This document shows, piece after piece, positions 9,532-19,586 of a stretch of DNA of 64,000 nucleotides. Source of the DNA: Polyangiaceae bacterium (GTDB lineage: Bacteria; Myxococcota_A; Polyangia; Polyangiales; Polyangiaceae); assembly GCA_035063585.1 (NCBI GenBank), contig JAPSGB010000008.1:1-64000 (forward strand), written 5' to 3'. The notes below the pieces were generated by a model. It saw nothing but the letters and a program-made list of their open reading frames with translations. It was not told where the DNA came from and did no database searches. Each line of letters opens with the position of its first letter. The first letter of the stretch is position 1. A program made the position numbers and the translations under genes.

Positions 9532-10209
9532 TCAGGCGGTCTCGGCGCCGCCGAGCGAGCGCCGGATCCGCAGATACACGATCGCGCTCGCGAGCAGCGT
9601 CGCGGCGGTGAGCGCGAGGAAGACGCCGCTTACGATCCGCGCGACGCCGGGTGAGAGCACCACGAACCCGAGGTCGCCGATCAGGTAGAGGAGGAGGGCG
9701 AGCAAGACGAGCCAGTGCACGAGCGCGCCGCTCAGCGCGAGCGACGGCCGCGCCGTCGGCTCGCGGGCTCGCGCGTCGCGGAGCACGATCGTCGTGAGGT
9801 CGAGGCGCGCGAAGAGCGCGGGTAGGTCGGCGTCGTCGCGGGTGACCCGCGCGAGCCGCGCCGCCACCTCGCGGCGCATCGCCGAGGTGCCGTTGGCGCC
9901 CGAGATCGGTGAGGTCGGGGCGACCAGGTGCGCGAGCCACACGCGAAACGACCCGCGCGGGCGCGCGGCGAGCGCGACGTCGGCGTTCGGCGCACGCTCG
10001 AGCCGGTCGACGAGCACTGGGATGAGCTCGGGGGCGTCGAGCCGGTCCGCGAGCACCACCAGCAGGGGAGAGCTCGCGCGCGCGAGCGCTCTGCGAAGCT
10101 CCGGGAAGCTCGTGCCGCCTACCAAGAGCTCGACCTCGCGCCCCCCGAGCGTGGCGCGGACTGGCGCCTCGAGCTCCGGGGCCGGGACGATGACGGACAG
10201 CGTGCTCAT
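9532..10209 (-). CDS. Degenerate glycosyltransferase-2-like membrane protein
   Basis: LSVIVPA start, RALARASSPLLVVL and ADVALAAR resemble GT2, but no DxD; two C-terminal TM helices. Confidence 0.5.
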   Translation of the reverse strand: MSTLSVIVPAPELEAPVRATLGGREVELLVGGTSFPELRRALARASSPLLVVLADRLDAPELIPVLVDRLERAPNADVALAARPRGSFRVWLAHLVAPTSPISGANGTSAMRREVAARLARVTRDDADLPALFARLDLTTIVLRDARAREPTARPSLALSGALVHWLVLLALLLYLIGDLGFVVLSPGVARIVSGVFLALTAATLLASAIVYLRIRRSLGGAETA

Positions 10210-10265
10210 CGAGCCCGGAGCCTAGCAGGTTGCCGCGTTCGCGGCGTGTCGCTAGAACGCCCTCG

Positions 10266-11639
10266 ATGCGGAGCGTCGTCGCGGTCGCGGTCGTGGCTCT
10301 CGGCCTCGGCGCCGGGTGCCGGAAATCCGCCCGGCAGACCGCCCCAGCTCCGAGCGCGGGCGGGAGCGAGGGTCGCCCCGCTGCGGCCGCGCCCCCCCGA
10401 TGCCGCGCGCCGCACCCGGGCGCGCTCTTCACGCTCGGCGAGCGCAGCCCGACGCCGCGCACGAGTGACGACGAGGACGATGGCGGCGACGCCGACGAGC
10501 TCGGCTTGCCCTTCGCGGTCGACGTGGGCTCGGCGGTCGGTTATGGCGGCGGCTTCGCGGTGTCCGCGCTCCGCCGGAAGCAGGGCAAGACGAGCGCGGT
10601 GGTCGCGCTGGTCGCGGCCGACGGAGGCAGCGGCCGGCTGGTCGAGCTCGGCGTCGTGTACGGTGACGCGGAGCCACCGCGCCTCGCGGCGCGCGGCAGC
10701 CAGGTGATCGTGGGGCTGCCAGGCAACGACGCCGGAGGCACCACGCTACGCCTCATCGCGCTCGACGACGCGTCGAATCCGCCCGGCGTGAAGCGCGGCG
10801 CGGAGTTTCGGCAAGGTCGCGACGAGTCGCAGGTGTTCGGGCTCGAGGTGGGCGAGCGGCGCGGCCTCATGGTGTGGGACGAGTGGGACGAGAGCGCGAA
10901 GCACGGCGTGGTCCGCGCGACCAGCTTCGCCCCGGACGATCTCTCGAACGCCACCCGCGCGAAGAGCATCTCGCCGCGCGGTGACGACGTCGAGGCGCCG
11001 CGGGTGGTAGCGCGCCCGGGCGGCTTCTGGGTGGCGTGGCTGAGCCACCGCTCCGCGGAGGCACGCGATCCCGATGCGGGGCTCACGCTGGTCGAGCTCG
11101 GCGAGCGCTCGCTCGAGCTCGTCCCGCTCGACGAGAACGGCGTCGCGACCGCCGCGCCGACCGCGGTGACCGCCAAGGGTGCTCACGTGCTCGCGTTCGA
11201 TCTCGCTCGCGCGCCGGACGGCGGCGCGCTCCTCGCGTGGCGTGACGACGAGTCGGCTCCGGGCGCGGAGAGTCGAATCGTCCACCTGGCGCACGTCGCG
11301 CCGAGCGGCGCCGTCCGCGCATCGGTCATCGACGACGAGGGCGTCGGCGCCGGCGTGCCGTCGCTCCTGGTCGAGCGCAGCGCGCCCCCGGCGGGCGGCC
11401 CTGCGGCGTGGCTCACGCTCGCCGGCGTGAGCGACGCGACCCGGCTCGCCGCGCTCGGTCCGAGCGGCAGCGTCGTGGATCGCGTCGACACCGAGCCGCT
11501 CCTCCGGCGCGCCGAGCCGCTCGCGCTCTACGGCGGCGCGCTGCTCGTCGGCGAGCCGAAGGGGCTCGCGATGGAGCTCTCCGTCATCAGTTGCTCACCC
11601 GGCGCGCCCGAGGCGCGCGACGCGGGCGCCGCGCGGTGA
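10266..11639 (+). CDS. Hypothetical lipoprotein, probable beta-propeller
   Basis: MRSVVAVAVVALGLGAGC lipobox; repeated beta-strand/W motifs (LMVWDE, WVAWLS, LLAWRD). Confidence 0.7.
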   Translation: MRSVVAVAVVALGLGAGCRKSARQTAPAPSAGGSEGRPAAAAPPRCRAPHPGALFTLGERSPTPRTSDDEDDGGDADELGLPFAVDVGSAVGYGGGFAVSALRRKQGKTSAVVALVAADGGSGRLVELGVVYGDAEPPRLAARGSQVIVGLPGNDAGGTTLRLIALDDASNPPGVKRGAEFRQGRDESQVFGLEVGERRGLMVWDEWDESAKHGVVRATSFAPDDLSNATRAKSISPRGDDVEAPRVVARPGGFWVAWLSHRSAEARDPDAGLTLVELGERSLELVPLDENGVATAAPTAVTAKGAHVLAFDLARAPDGGALLAWRDDESAPGAESRIVHLAHVAPSGAVRASVIDDEGVGAGVPSLLVERSAPPAGGPAAWLTLAGVSDATRLAALGPSGSVVDRVDTEPLLRRAEPLALYGGALLVGEPKGLAMELSVISCSPGAPEARDAGAAR

Positions 11640-11690
11640 CCCGGCCGCCGGCTTGGCGCGGCGGGCGCCAAGAGGCTAGCTTCGAGCGCG

Positions 11691-12269
11691 ATGAGCGCGG
11701 AGGAGTCGGTCGTGAATCAATCGGTTTCGAGCGATGGCGCGTCCGGCGCGCGTGAGGTCCTCGAGTTCTGGAGAGACGCCGGGCCAGCGCGGTGGTTCAC
11801 GAAGGACGAGGCCTTCGATCGCGACTTTCGCGAACGCTTCTTCGACGCGCACTTCGAGGCCGCCAGCGGAAGGCTCGAGAGCTGGCTCGACACGGCCGAG
11901 TCGGCGCTCGCTGCGCTCGTGCTCCTCGATCAGTATCCGCGGAACTCATTTCGCGGCACCGCGCACATGTTCGCGACCGACGGGCTCGCGCTCCTCTACG
12001 CGCGACGGAGCCTGCGCTTCCTGCGCGATATCGAGGAGCCGCTCCGAAATTTCTTGCTCTTGCCGTTCATGCACGCCGAGAGCGTCGCGGTCCAAGAAGA
12101 GGCGGTCGCGCTCTACCGCGAGCACCTACCCGTGTCCCTGCGCTGGGCGGAGATCCATCGTGACGTCATCGCGCGCTTCGGGAGATTTCCACATAGAAAT
12201 GTCGTGCTCGGGCGCACGACCACCGCCGACGAGCAGCGCTTTCTCGATGAGGGTGGCTTCGCCGGCTGA
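11691..12269 (+). CDS. DUF924 family protein
   Basis: VLEFW, WFTKD..FD, LLDQYPRN, PFMHAES, FGRFPHRN motifs. Confidence 0.92.
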   Translation: MSAEESVVNQSVSSDGASGAREVLEFWRDAGPARWFTKDEAFDRDFRERFFDAHFEAASGRLESWLDTAESALAALVLLDQYPRNSFRGTAHMFATDGLALLYARRSLRFLRDIEEPLRNFLLLPFMHAESVAVQEEAVALYREHLPVSLRWAEIHRDVIARFGRFPHRNVVLGRTTTADEQRFLDEGGFAG

Positions 12270-12348
12270 CGCTCTCGAGGGGGGCGGGCCGGCGCGGCCG
12301 GCGGCGCGGGTGCTTTCCCCGCGTCGAGCGCGGTGCTAACCCCCTCAC

Positions 12349-12897
12349 ATGAAGCCGCGCGCGGCGGTGCTCCTGGCGCCGGGGTTCGAGGAGATCGAGG
12401 CGATCACGGTCATAGACGTGCTCCGGCGCGCGGGCGTCGAGGTGCTCGTCGCGGGGCTCGAGGGCGGACCGGTCCGCGGCTCGCACGACATCATCGTGAC
12501 GCCGGACCGCGAGCTCGCCGGGCTCGTCGCCGGTGAGCTCGACCTCGTCGTGCTGCCGGGCGGGATGCCGGGCTCGGCTCACCTCCGCGACAGCGCGCCG
12601 GTGCTCGAGCTGGTGCGAAGCGTGATTCGCGCCGGGAAGACGGCCGCCGCCATCTGCGCGGCGCCCATGGTGCTCGAGGCGGCGGGCGTGCTCGAGGGGC
12701 GTCGCGCCACGAGTTTCCCCGGGATTTCGCTGCCGAGCGCGCATTACGAGGAGGCGCGCGTGGTGGAGGACGGCCCCATCGTCACGAGCCGCGGGGCGGG
12801 GACCGCGCTCGAATTCTCCCTGGCGCTGGTGGCTCGCCTCGTCTCGCCGGCCGCGGCGAGCGACCTCGCGGCGCGCATGATCGTGGCGCGCGCCTGA
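12349..12897 (+). CDS. DJ-1/ThiJ/YajL family glyoxalase/deglycase
   Basis: GFEEIEA, DVLRRAG, LPGGMPG, AAICAAP, TSRGAGTA. Confidence 0.92.
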   Translation: MKPRAAVLLAPGFEEIEAITVIDVLRRAGVEVLVAGLEGGPVRGSHDIIVTPDRELAGLVAGELDLVVLPGGMPGSAHLRDSAPVLELVRSVIRAGKTAAAICAAPMVLEAAGVLEGRRATSFPGISLPSAHYEEARVVEDGPIVTSRGAGTALEFSLALVARLVSPAAASDLAARMIVARA

Positions 12898-12983
12898 GCG
12901 CGCTCGGCCCGCGCGCGCCCCGGCGTCGGCCTCGACGATGGGCGATTGTGTCGGCCGAGAAACCAGAGTAGAGCGCCCGGACC

Positions 12984-14144
12984 ATGAACCTGAGCGTCCA
13001 CGATTTCGTCACCTTCGATGACCAGCGGCTCGCCGACTCCTGGAGAGGCAAGCGAGTACCGATGTCGGACGTGTACGAGGCCTACATCGCCGGGCGCATC
13101 GACATCCCGAACGATCGTTGGGAGTCCTTCTTCGAGACCCGCAACGATACCGTGGCGTTCCGGCTCACCGAAGAGCACTTCAAGTGGGCGCTCTCCAACC
13201 TCCTGCCCGAGGTGGCCATCCACTCGAAGCAGCAGGACAGCCGCATCGTCGGCGAGCACTATAACCGCGGCAACGACTTCTTCGGCTGGTTCCTCGGCGA
13301 GTCGATGGTCTACACCGCCGCGTCGTTCGAGACCCCCGAGCAGTCGCTCGAGGACGCGCAGTACCGCAAGATCGATCGCGCCTGCGACAAGCTCCGGCTA
13401 CACCCGGGAGAGACGCTGCTCGACATCGGCTGCGGCTGGGGCACCTTCGTCGCGCGAGCGGCCAAGGAGTATGGCGCGCGCAGCTACGGGGTCACGCTCG
13501 CAAAGGAGCAGGTCGCCTTCGGAGAGGAGCGCATCAAGGCCTACGGCGTCACCGATCGCGCCCGCGTCGAGGTTCGCGACTACCGCAACGTCACCGGGCG
13601 CTTCGACAAGATCGTCAGCCTCGAGATGGTCGAGCACGTCGGCGTGAAGAACCTCTCGACGTACTTCAAGAAGGTCCACGAGCTGCTCGAGGACGACGGG
13701 CTCTTCGTCATCCAGTGGACGGGCATCCGCAAGCTCTACCAGCCGCAGAACCCGCTGAGCGCCTTCATCCTGAAGCCGGAGGACCTCATTTGGTCCCTCT
13801 TCATGGCGAAGTACATCTTCCCCGGCGCCGACGCCAGCTTGCCGCTCTCCGCGATGCTCCGCGCCGCGGAGAACGCCGGCTTCGAGATCGAGAACGTCGA
13901 GCGACTGAGCGCGAGCTACCTCTTGACGCTCAAGCTCTGGCGCGAGAGCTGGATCGCCAACCGTGAGGCGGTGGTGAAGGCGTACGGCGAGCGCTGGTAC
14001 CGCCTCTGGAACTTCTTCCTCTACTGGGCGCGGCTGAGCGGCGAGCGCGGCGCGGCGTTCACCTACCAGGTCACCATGCACAAGAACCACGATAAGTTTC
14101 CGCGGGTCGACCTCCAGTTCAAGAAGTTCGAGAAGGGCAAGTGA
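12984..14144 (+). CDS. CFA-synthase-family SAM methyltransferase resembling fungal sphingolipid C9-methyltransferase
   Basis: HYNRGNDFFGWFLG..MVYT, LDIGCGWG, SLEMVEHVG, EDLIWSLFMAKYIFPGADAS. Confidence 0.85.
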   Translation: MNLSVHDFVTFDDQRLADSWRGKRVPMSDVYEAYIAGRIDIPNDRWESFFETRNDTVAFRLTEEHFKWALSNLLPEVAIHSKQQDSRIVGEHYNRGNDFFGWFLGESMVYTAASFETPEQSLEDAQYRKIDRACDKLRLHPGETLLDIGCGWGTFVARAAKEYGARSYGVTLAKEQVAFGEERIKAYGVTDRARVEVRDYRNVTGRFDKIVSLEMVEHVGVKNLSTYFKKVHELLEDDGLFVIQWTGIRKLYQPQNPLSAFILKPEDLIWSLFMAKYIFPGADASLPLSAMLRAAENAGFEIENVERLSASYLLTLKLWRESWIANREAVVKAYGERWYRLWNFFLYWARLSGERGAAFTYQVTMHKNHDKFPRVDLQFKKFEKGK

Positions 14145-14382
14145 GCCCGGAGCGCCGGCGCCCTGGGCGCTCGGCCGGGACGCCCCGGCTCGGCCGGTCC
14201 GAGTAGGCGCGACCGAGGTTGGCAACGGAGGCCCGTGACGCTCGTCGCGGCTCGAGGCCCGCGCGCGCATTACCCGGCGAGCGGGGCGAGCCGGTGCCAC
14301 GACGCGACTTGCCTTTCTCCCCGCCGAGCGCCAAGAAAGCGGCGCCGCGCGCCGGTTCGCCGCGGCTCGAAAGGGAAGAGAT

Positions 14383-14991
14383 ATGCTGAAACTCTACTAT
14401 TCGCCTGGCGCTTGCTCGCTCTCGCCGCACATCGTGCTCGAAGAGGCCGGCTTGCCCTACGAGGCAATCCAAGCGTCCTTGAAGACCAAGACCCTGGCGG
14501 ACGGCTCGGATTACCGAGCCGTGAACCCGCTCGGCTACGTGCCGACCCTCGAGCTCGCCGACGGCACGCGGCTCCGCGAAGGGCCGGCCATCGTGCAGTA
14601 TCTGGCCGACCAGGCACCGGCGAAGAAGCTCGCGCCCGAGAACGGGACGATCGCGCGCTACCAGCTCCAGGGCTGGCTCAACTTCACCGCCACCGAGATC
14701 CACCGTAACTTCTCGCCGCTCTTCAACCCGGCCGTGCCGGACGACATCAAGCAGGCGAGCAAGCAGCGTATCCTCGGACGGCTCGAGTGGGTGGACGGCG
14801 AGCTCGCGGGCAAGCAGTTCCTGCTCGGCGAGGACTTTACCGTTGCCGACGCGTACCTGTTCGTGGTGACCGGGTGGTCGAAGCCGATGCAGCTCGATCT
14901 CTCGAAGCTCACGAACCTCGTCGCGTGGCGCGAGCGCGTCGCGGCGCGGCCAGCGGTGCAGGCCGCCATGAAGGCCGAGGGGCTCTCCTGA
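14383..14991 (+). CDS. gstA: Glutathione S-transferase (beta class)
   Basis: MLKLYYSPGACSLSPHIVL, NPLGYVP, EGPAIVQYLAD, FTVADAYLF. Confidence 0.93.
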   Translation: MLKLYYSPGACSLSPHIVLEEAGLPYEAIQASLKTKTLADGSDYRAVNPLGYVPTLELADGTRLREGPAIVQYLADQAPAKKLAPENGTIARYQLQGWLNFTATEIHRNFSPLFNPAVPDDIKQASKQRILGRLEWVDGELAGKQFLLGEDFTVADAYLFVVTGWSKPMQLDLSKLTNLVAWRERVAARPAVQAAMKAEGLS

Positions 14992-15482
14992 AGCGAGCCG
15001 GCGCTCGGGCGGTGGCGGCGACCGCCTGAGGCCTCCCGAGCCCGCTCGGCCGGCGGGGGAGGGCCGGGGCGTGTCGCGCGGTTCCCTTCCGAGGGAGTCT
15101 CGCGGACGGCCGCGGCCGCCCGTGGCTCGGAGCGGCGCTCCCGCCGATTTCTCCGGGGTTTCTGCCGCGCGGCTCGTCCTGATCGACCGCCGATCCAGGA
15201 GGGGCGCCCGCGCGCCCGGGTTGACGCCGCGGCGGTACGCTCCGAGGATGTCGTGATGCGTCGCAGGCTGCGCGGAGCGGGGGCCACCGTCGAGTGGCCG
15301 CCCGCTCACGCCGCGCCGGACGCAGGGAGCTACCGCCTCTACCGCGCCGGAGGCCATCTCCGCGCCGTGAGCGAGGCGGCGCGGCGGGAGGCGGTCGCGG
15401 GCGGGTACGCGTACGAGGGCAGCTCTGGAGGCCGGTGAACGAACCCGGGAGCAGCGCGAGCCAGGCCAAGAAGACGCACGAG

Positions 15483-18293
15483 ATGGCCGAGACGAACGAG
15501 GCGCAGGCGGTGACTGGTACGCTGCATCGACGCGTCCTCGAGTCGATGCTCGACGCCTACCTGCTCGCGGATCTGAGCGGCCGGTTCCGCGAGTGGAACC
15601 AAGCCTCTGAGCAGATGTTCGGGTACTCCGCCGAGGAATTCCGGCAGCTGAGCTACCGAGAGCTCACCCCCGCGAGGTGGCACGAGCTCGACGAGCGAGT
15701 CACGAGTGAGCAGGTCCTCACCCGCGGGTACTCCGAGCTCTATGAGAAGGAGTGCGTCCGAAAGGATGGCACGGTCTTTCCGGTGGAGCTCCGCGTACAT
15801 CTTCTGCGAGATGACGACGGGCGCCCGGCGGCGATGTGGGCGGTCGTGCGCGATCTCACCGAGCGCCGGGCGGACGAGGCCATTCGCAGCCGGCTATTTC
15901 GCGTGCTCGAGTCGAGCTTGAACGAGATCTATCTCTTCGACAGCGAGACCCTCCGCTTTCGCTACGTCAACGCGGCGGCGTGTCGGAACCTCGGGTACAC
16001 GCTGGGCGAGCTCTCCCAGATGACGCTCGTCGAGCTGAAGCCCGCGTATACGCCTGAGTCCTTCCGGCAAGCGATCGAGCCGCTCGTGACCGGCGAGGCG
16101 ACCAAGATCCTCTTCGAGACCGTCCATCGGCGCAAAGATGGCAGCGTCTACCCGGTGGAGGTGCACCTCCAGCACATGGTCAGCGATGGTCGCTCGGAGT
16201 TCCTGGCGATCATCCATGACGTCACCGAGTCTCGACGCGCGCAGGCGGACCTCGAGCAGAGCCTCGTCGAGGCGGAGCTCCGCGCCGGGCTCAGCAGAGC
16301 GCTCGCCCGGGCGCGGACCGAGGACGAGATCCTCGAGGCGTTGGGCGACAGCGTCGACGCCTTCCCGGGAGTCCTCTTGACCCTCATCATGGTCGAATCG
16401 GCTGCCTCGGGGAGCGTCGCGGTGGTTCGACGCATCCGAAACCTCGGGAGCGCGCTCGAGCCTCCGAGCCCGACGGGCACGCACTTGTCCCTGGAGGCGC
16501 TCCGGTTGCTCCGAGCGCTGACGCTCGACGAACCTTGGGAGAGCGACGACGTCCAAGCGGACGCGCGGCTGGCCCCGGTCCTCCGCGACGCCCTCTTCTC
16601 ACCCGACGCGCACGGCGCCGCGGTATTTTCCATCTCGAGCGGCGGGCTGCTGTTCGGTCATCTCGTGGCGAGCGTCCGCGACCCGAGGCGCCTCGAGGCG
16701 CCGAAGGCCGCGCTCTATCGCGGTCTGGTCGACGAGAGTGCGATGGCGCTCCGCTCGCTGCGCCTCAACGAAGCCGTGCGCGCCTCGGAGCGCCGGCTCT
16801 CCTTGCTGGTGGTGGAGTCGCCGCTGGCGGTCATCGAGTTCGATCTCGCGCGACGCATCGTCGCGTGGAACCTGGCTGCGGAGCGCGTCTTCGGGCGCAC
16901 GAGCGACGAGATGATGGGCCGGCGATTGACGGAGCTCATCGGTGACGATGCGCGCTTGCCTTCCTTCGCCGAGCCGTTCCACGTGAAGTTCGAGACGGCG
17001 CGCCTCGACGGAACCATGATGACCGGCGAGTGGTTCGGCGCTCCGCTGCTTGGCGAGCTGGGGGAGCTCCTCGGAGGGGTGGTGCGGGTGATGGACGTAA
17101 CCACGCGCGAACGAGCCCTCGCGGAGCAGGTAAAGCTCGAGGCCGAGCTCGCGCGCGCGCAGCGGCTCGAGTCCATAGGACGACTCGCGGGCGGCGTCGC
17201 GCATGACGTCAACAACATGTTGACGGTCATCCTGGGCTACGCGGAGCTGCTCGCGAGCTCCACCAGCCCGAGCGATCCGAGGTTGGTCGATCTCCGCGAG
17301 ATTCAGGCCGCGGCCCGCCGCTCTCAAGGGATTACACGGCAGCTCCTCGCGTTCTCACGGCAGCAGGCGAGTGCGCCCCGGAGGCTCGACTTCGCCAGCG
17401 CCATCGACGCGCTCCAGAAATCGCTCGCGCGCGTGGTGGGCGAGGATATCGTGTTTCGTTTCTTGCGGCCGGCAGAGCCTTGGCCAGCGCTCGCCGATTC
17501 GGCGCAGCTCGATCAGATCGTGATGAACCTGGTCGTCAACGCGCGAGATGCCATGCCGCATGGGGGCACGCTCACGCTCGAGCTCGAGAATGTGACGCTC
17601 GAGCCGGAGGACTGCCAGGGGCGCGTCGAGGCGCGGCCGGGAAGGTTTCTTCGCCTCGCGGTGCACGACGAGGGCGTCGGGATGGATGCGGTCACGCTCG
17701 CGCAGATCTTCGAGCCGTTCTTTACGACCAAAGAGAACGGCAAGGGGACCGGGCTCGGGCTCCCGACCGTGTACGGGATCGTCTCCCAGAACGGGGGGTT
17801 CATCGAGGTCTCGAGCGCGCCGGGCGCGGGGACGCGCTTCGACGTGTACTGGCCCAAGGCCGAGGGGGACGACGAGCCGGCGCGGGCCGAGCCGGCGCCG
17901 GCTGCCGCGCGCGGGGGCGGCACCATCCTCCTCGTCGAGGATGACGCGCTGGTTCGGCGGGTGACGCACGCGATGCTGACGCGGCTCGGGTATCGCGTGC
18001 TCGCGGCAAGCGGCGCCCGCGACGCGGGGGAGCTCATCCGGGGTGAGCGCGAGGTCGCGCTCTTGATGACGGACGTCGTGATGCCGCACACTTCCGGCCC
18101 CGAGCTGGCCCAGGAGCTCACCCGGCAGCGGCCCGGGCTCAAGGTCCTGTTCGTGTCCGGGCACGGCGCTGACATCCTCGGTGAGCGCGGGGTCTTGAGC
18201 TCGGGCGTCTGCTACTTGCAGAAGCCGTTCACCGAGGGCGAGCTCGCCGAGAAGCTGCGCGAGGTGCTCGGCGCGGTGGCGCGCGCGAGCTGA
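15483..18293 (+). CDS. Cytoplasmic hybrid sensor kinase (PAS-PAS-GAF-like-PAS-HisKA-HATPase-REC)
   Basis: Two RKDG..PVE PAC motifs, GGVAHDVNN H-box, NLVVNARDAM, FFTTK..GKGTGLGL, receiver LLVEDD/TDVVMP/KPF; start uncertain (15435 GTG or 15483 ATG). Confidence 0.92.
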   Translation: MAETNEAQAVTGTLHRRVLESMLDAYLLADLSGRFREWNQASEQMFGYSAEEFRQLSYRELTPARWHELDERVTSEQVLTRGYSELYEKECVRKDGTVFPVELRVHLLRDDDGRPAAMWAVVRDLTERRADEAIRSRLFRVLESSLNEIYLFDSETLRFRYVNAAACRNLGYTLGELSQMTLVELKPAYTPESFRQAIEPLVTGEATKILFETVHRRKDGSVYPVEVHLQHMVSDGRSEFLAIIHDVTESRRAQADLEQSLVEAELRAGLSRALARARTEDEILEALGDSVDAFPGVLLTLIMVESAASGSVAVVRRIRNLGSALEPPSPTGTHLSLEALRLLRALTLDEPWESDDVQADARLAPVLRDALFSPDAHGAAVFSISSGGLLFGHLVASVRDPRRLEAPKAALYRGLVDESAMALRSLRLNEAVRASERRLSLLVVESPLAVIEFDLARRIVAWNLAAERVFGRTSDEMMGRRLTELIGDDARLPSFAEPFHVKFETARLDGTMMTGEWFGAPLLGELGELLGGVVRVMDVTTRERALAEQVKLEAELARAQRLESIGRLAGGVAHDVNNMLTVILGYAELLASSTSPSDPRLVDLREIQAAARRSQGITRQLLAFSRQQASAPRRLDFASAIDALQKSLARVVGEDIVFRFLRPAEPWPALADSAQLDQIVMNLVVNARDAMPHGGTLTLELENVTLEPEDCQGRVEARPGRFLRLAVHDEGVGMDAVTLAQIFEPFFTTKENGKGTGLGLPTVYGIVSQNGGFIEVSSAPGAGTRFDVYWPKAEGDDEPARAEPAPAAARGGGTILLVEDDALVRRVTHAMLTRLGYRVLAASGARDAGELIRGEREVALLMTDVVMPHTSGPELAQELTRQRPGLKVLFVSGHGADILGERGVLSSGVCYLQKPFTEGELAEKLREVLGAVARAS

Positions 18294-18358
18294 GCGCGCG
18301 CGCCGCCTCGAGGCCGCGTCGCCGGCCGCGCCGGACCGACCACGAGCCCCGAGACCGC

Positions 18359-19381
18359 TCACTCGCGCACGCGGTACCGCTTGGCCATGGCGCGGACGCT
18401 CTCCCGGAGCTCACTGCGCAGCTTCTCGGGGCCGACGACCTCGATGAGCGGGCCGTAGGACAGGAGCCAACCGCGCAGCTCGAGGGTGTCGGCGACGGTA
18501 GCGGTGAGGCGACTCCGTCCGTCGCCCGCCGCGTCGACGCGTTGGTCGCGCGCGAGCGGCGTCTCGCCGAGCGTAATCGCGACCTCGGTCTCGATCAGCG
18601 CCTCGAGCACGATCGGCGCGCCGACCGCGAAGCCGAAGCCGCCGGCTCTGATGTGTTCGTCGAGGTCGAAGCCTCTCGGACGTCGCCCGGGCGTATCGAG
18701 CGGCTCGACGTGGCGCATGCGATGAAGCAGCAAGTGGAGCACGTCGTCGTAGTCGAAGAGCGTCGAGACGAGCGTGAGGGTGCCCTCGCGCACGATGAGG
18801 CCGAGCGGGTTTACCACCAGCTCGCGCGCCGAGGTCGCGCCACGCTTGAGGTAGCGAGCCTTGAAGCGCCGCTCGCTGATCAACGCGTCGTACACCACGT
18901 CGAGCACGCGCGCGGGGACGTCGGGCGGACGGAGCGGCGGCCCGCGCGACACCACGCGCACCTTCTTCGGCCAGCGCGCGATTCGAGCGGTCTCCGCCTG
19001 AGCGAGCGTCTGGCGAGCTCGCTCGAAGTGCGGCTCGAGGCTCTTCAGCGTGGAGCGGGGGAGCGTGGCGCCGAGGTGCGCTTCGATGAGGGTGAAGGTC
19101 ACCGCGGCGGGGGTGCCCATCCCGGGGATCTCGACCAGCGGCGCGTCGGCCTCCCAATACCAAGCGTAGGGCTTGTGCGAGTCGTCGCAGCGGAGCGTGG
19201 TGAACCGCGCCGCCAGGCGCTCGAGATCGCGCTGGATGCTGCGGCGTCCGATGACGATCCCCTCCTCGGCGAGGAGCGCCTCGAGCCGGCTCGTGTCGAT
19301 GCGGCGGGGCGCCCGCGGCACCAAGCGGAGCAGCGCCCAGTGCCGGTACAGCGTGTCGGCGTCGTTGCCCGCGCGCGTCAT
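18359..19381 (-). CDS. WYL-domain transcriptional regulator (wHTH-WYL-WCX)
   Basis: N-terminal RSIQRDL HTH, VNPLGL WYL core, C-terminal WLLSYGPLIEVVGPEKLR WCX motif. Confidence 0.88.
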   Translation of the reverse strand: MTRAGNDADTLYRHWALLRLVPRAPRRIDTSRLEALLAEEGIVIGRRSIQRDLERLAARFTTLRCDDSHKPYAWYWEADAPLVEIPGMGTPAAVTFTLIEAHLGATLPRSTLKSLEPHFERARQTLAQAETARIARWPKKVRVVSRGPPLRPPDVPARVLDVVYDALISERRFKARYLKRGATSARELVVNPLGLIVREGTLTLVSTLFDYDDVLHLLLHRMRHVEPLDTPGRRPRGFDLDEHIRAGGFGFAVGAPIVLEALIETEVAITLGETPLARDQRVDAAGDGRSRLTATVADTLELRGWLLSYGPLIEVVGPEKLRSELRESVRAMAKRYRVRE

Positions 19382-19383
19382 GG

Positions 19384-19404
19384 CTGCGACAGCTTATGTC
19401 GCAG
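19384..19404. promoter_or_regulatory. Palindromic operator upstream of the WYL gene
   Basis: CTGCGACA-gctta-TGTCGCAG, perfect 8-bp arms, 2 bp from the WYL start codon. Confidence 0.7.
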
Positions 19405-19586
19405 GGGTACGGGGGGCAAGACGGCCGACCGCGAGGCGAGCGCCGGCCTCGGGGGCGCCCGGCGCGCCCCCGCCGGCGCGCGGCACGCAGCGCGGAGCCG
19501 AGGTCTCGGGAAGGCCGGAATCCGTCGCGGCCCGGGCGCGCCAGGAGCAGCTGGCGAGTCCGCGCGGATTTCGCCATGCTCACCGC

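Noticed and set aside
15253..15438. 61-aa ORF before the hybrid kinase
   Set aside because: Possible but unsupported: no motif or clear ribosome-binding site
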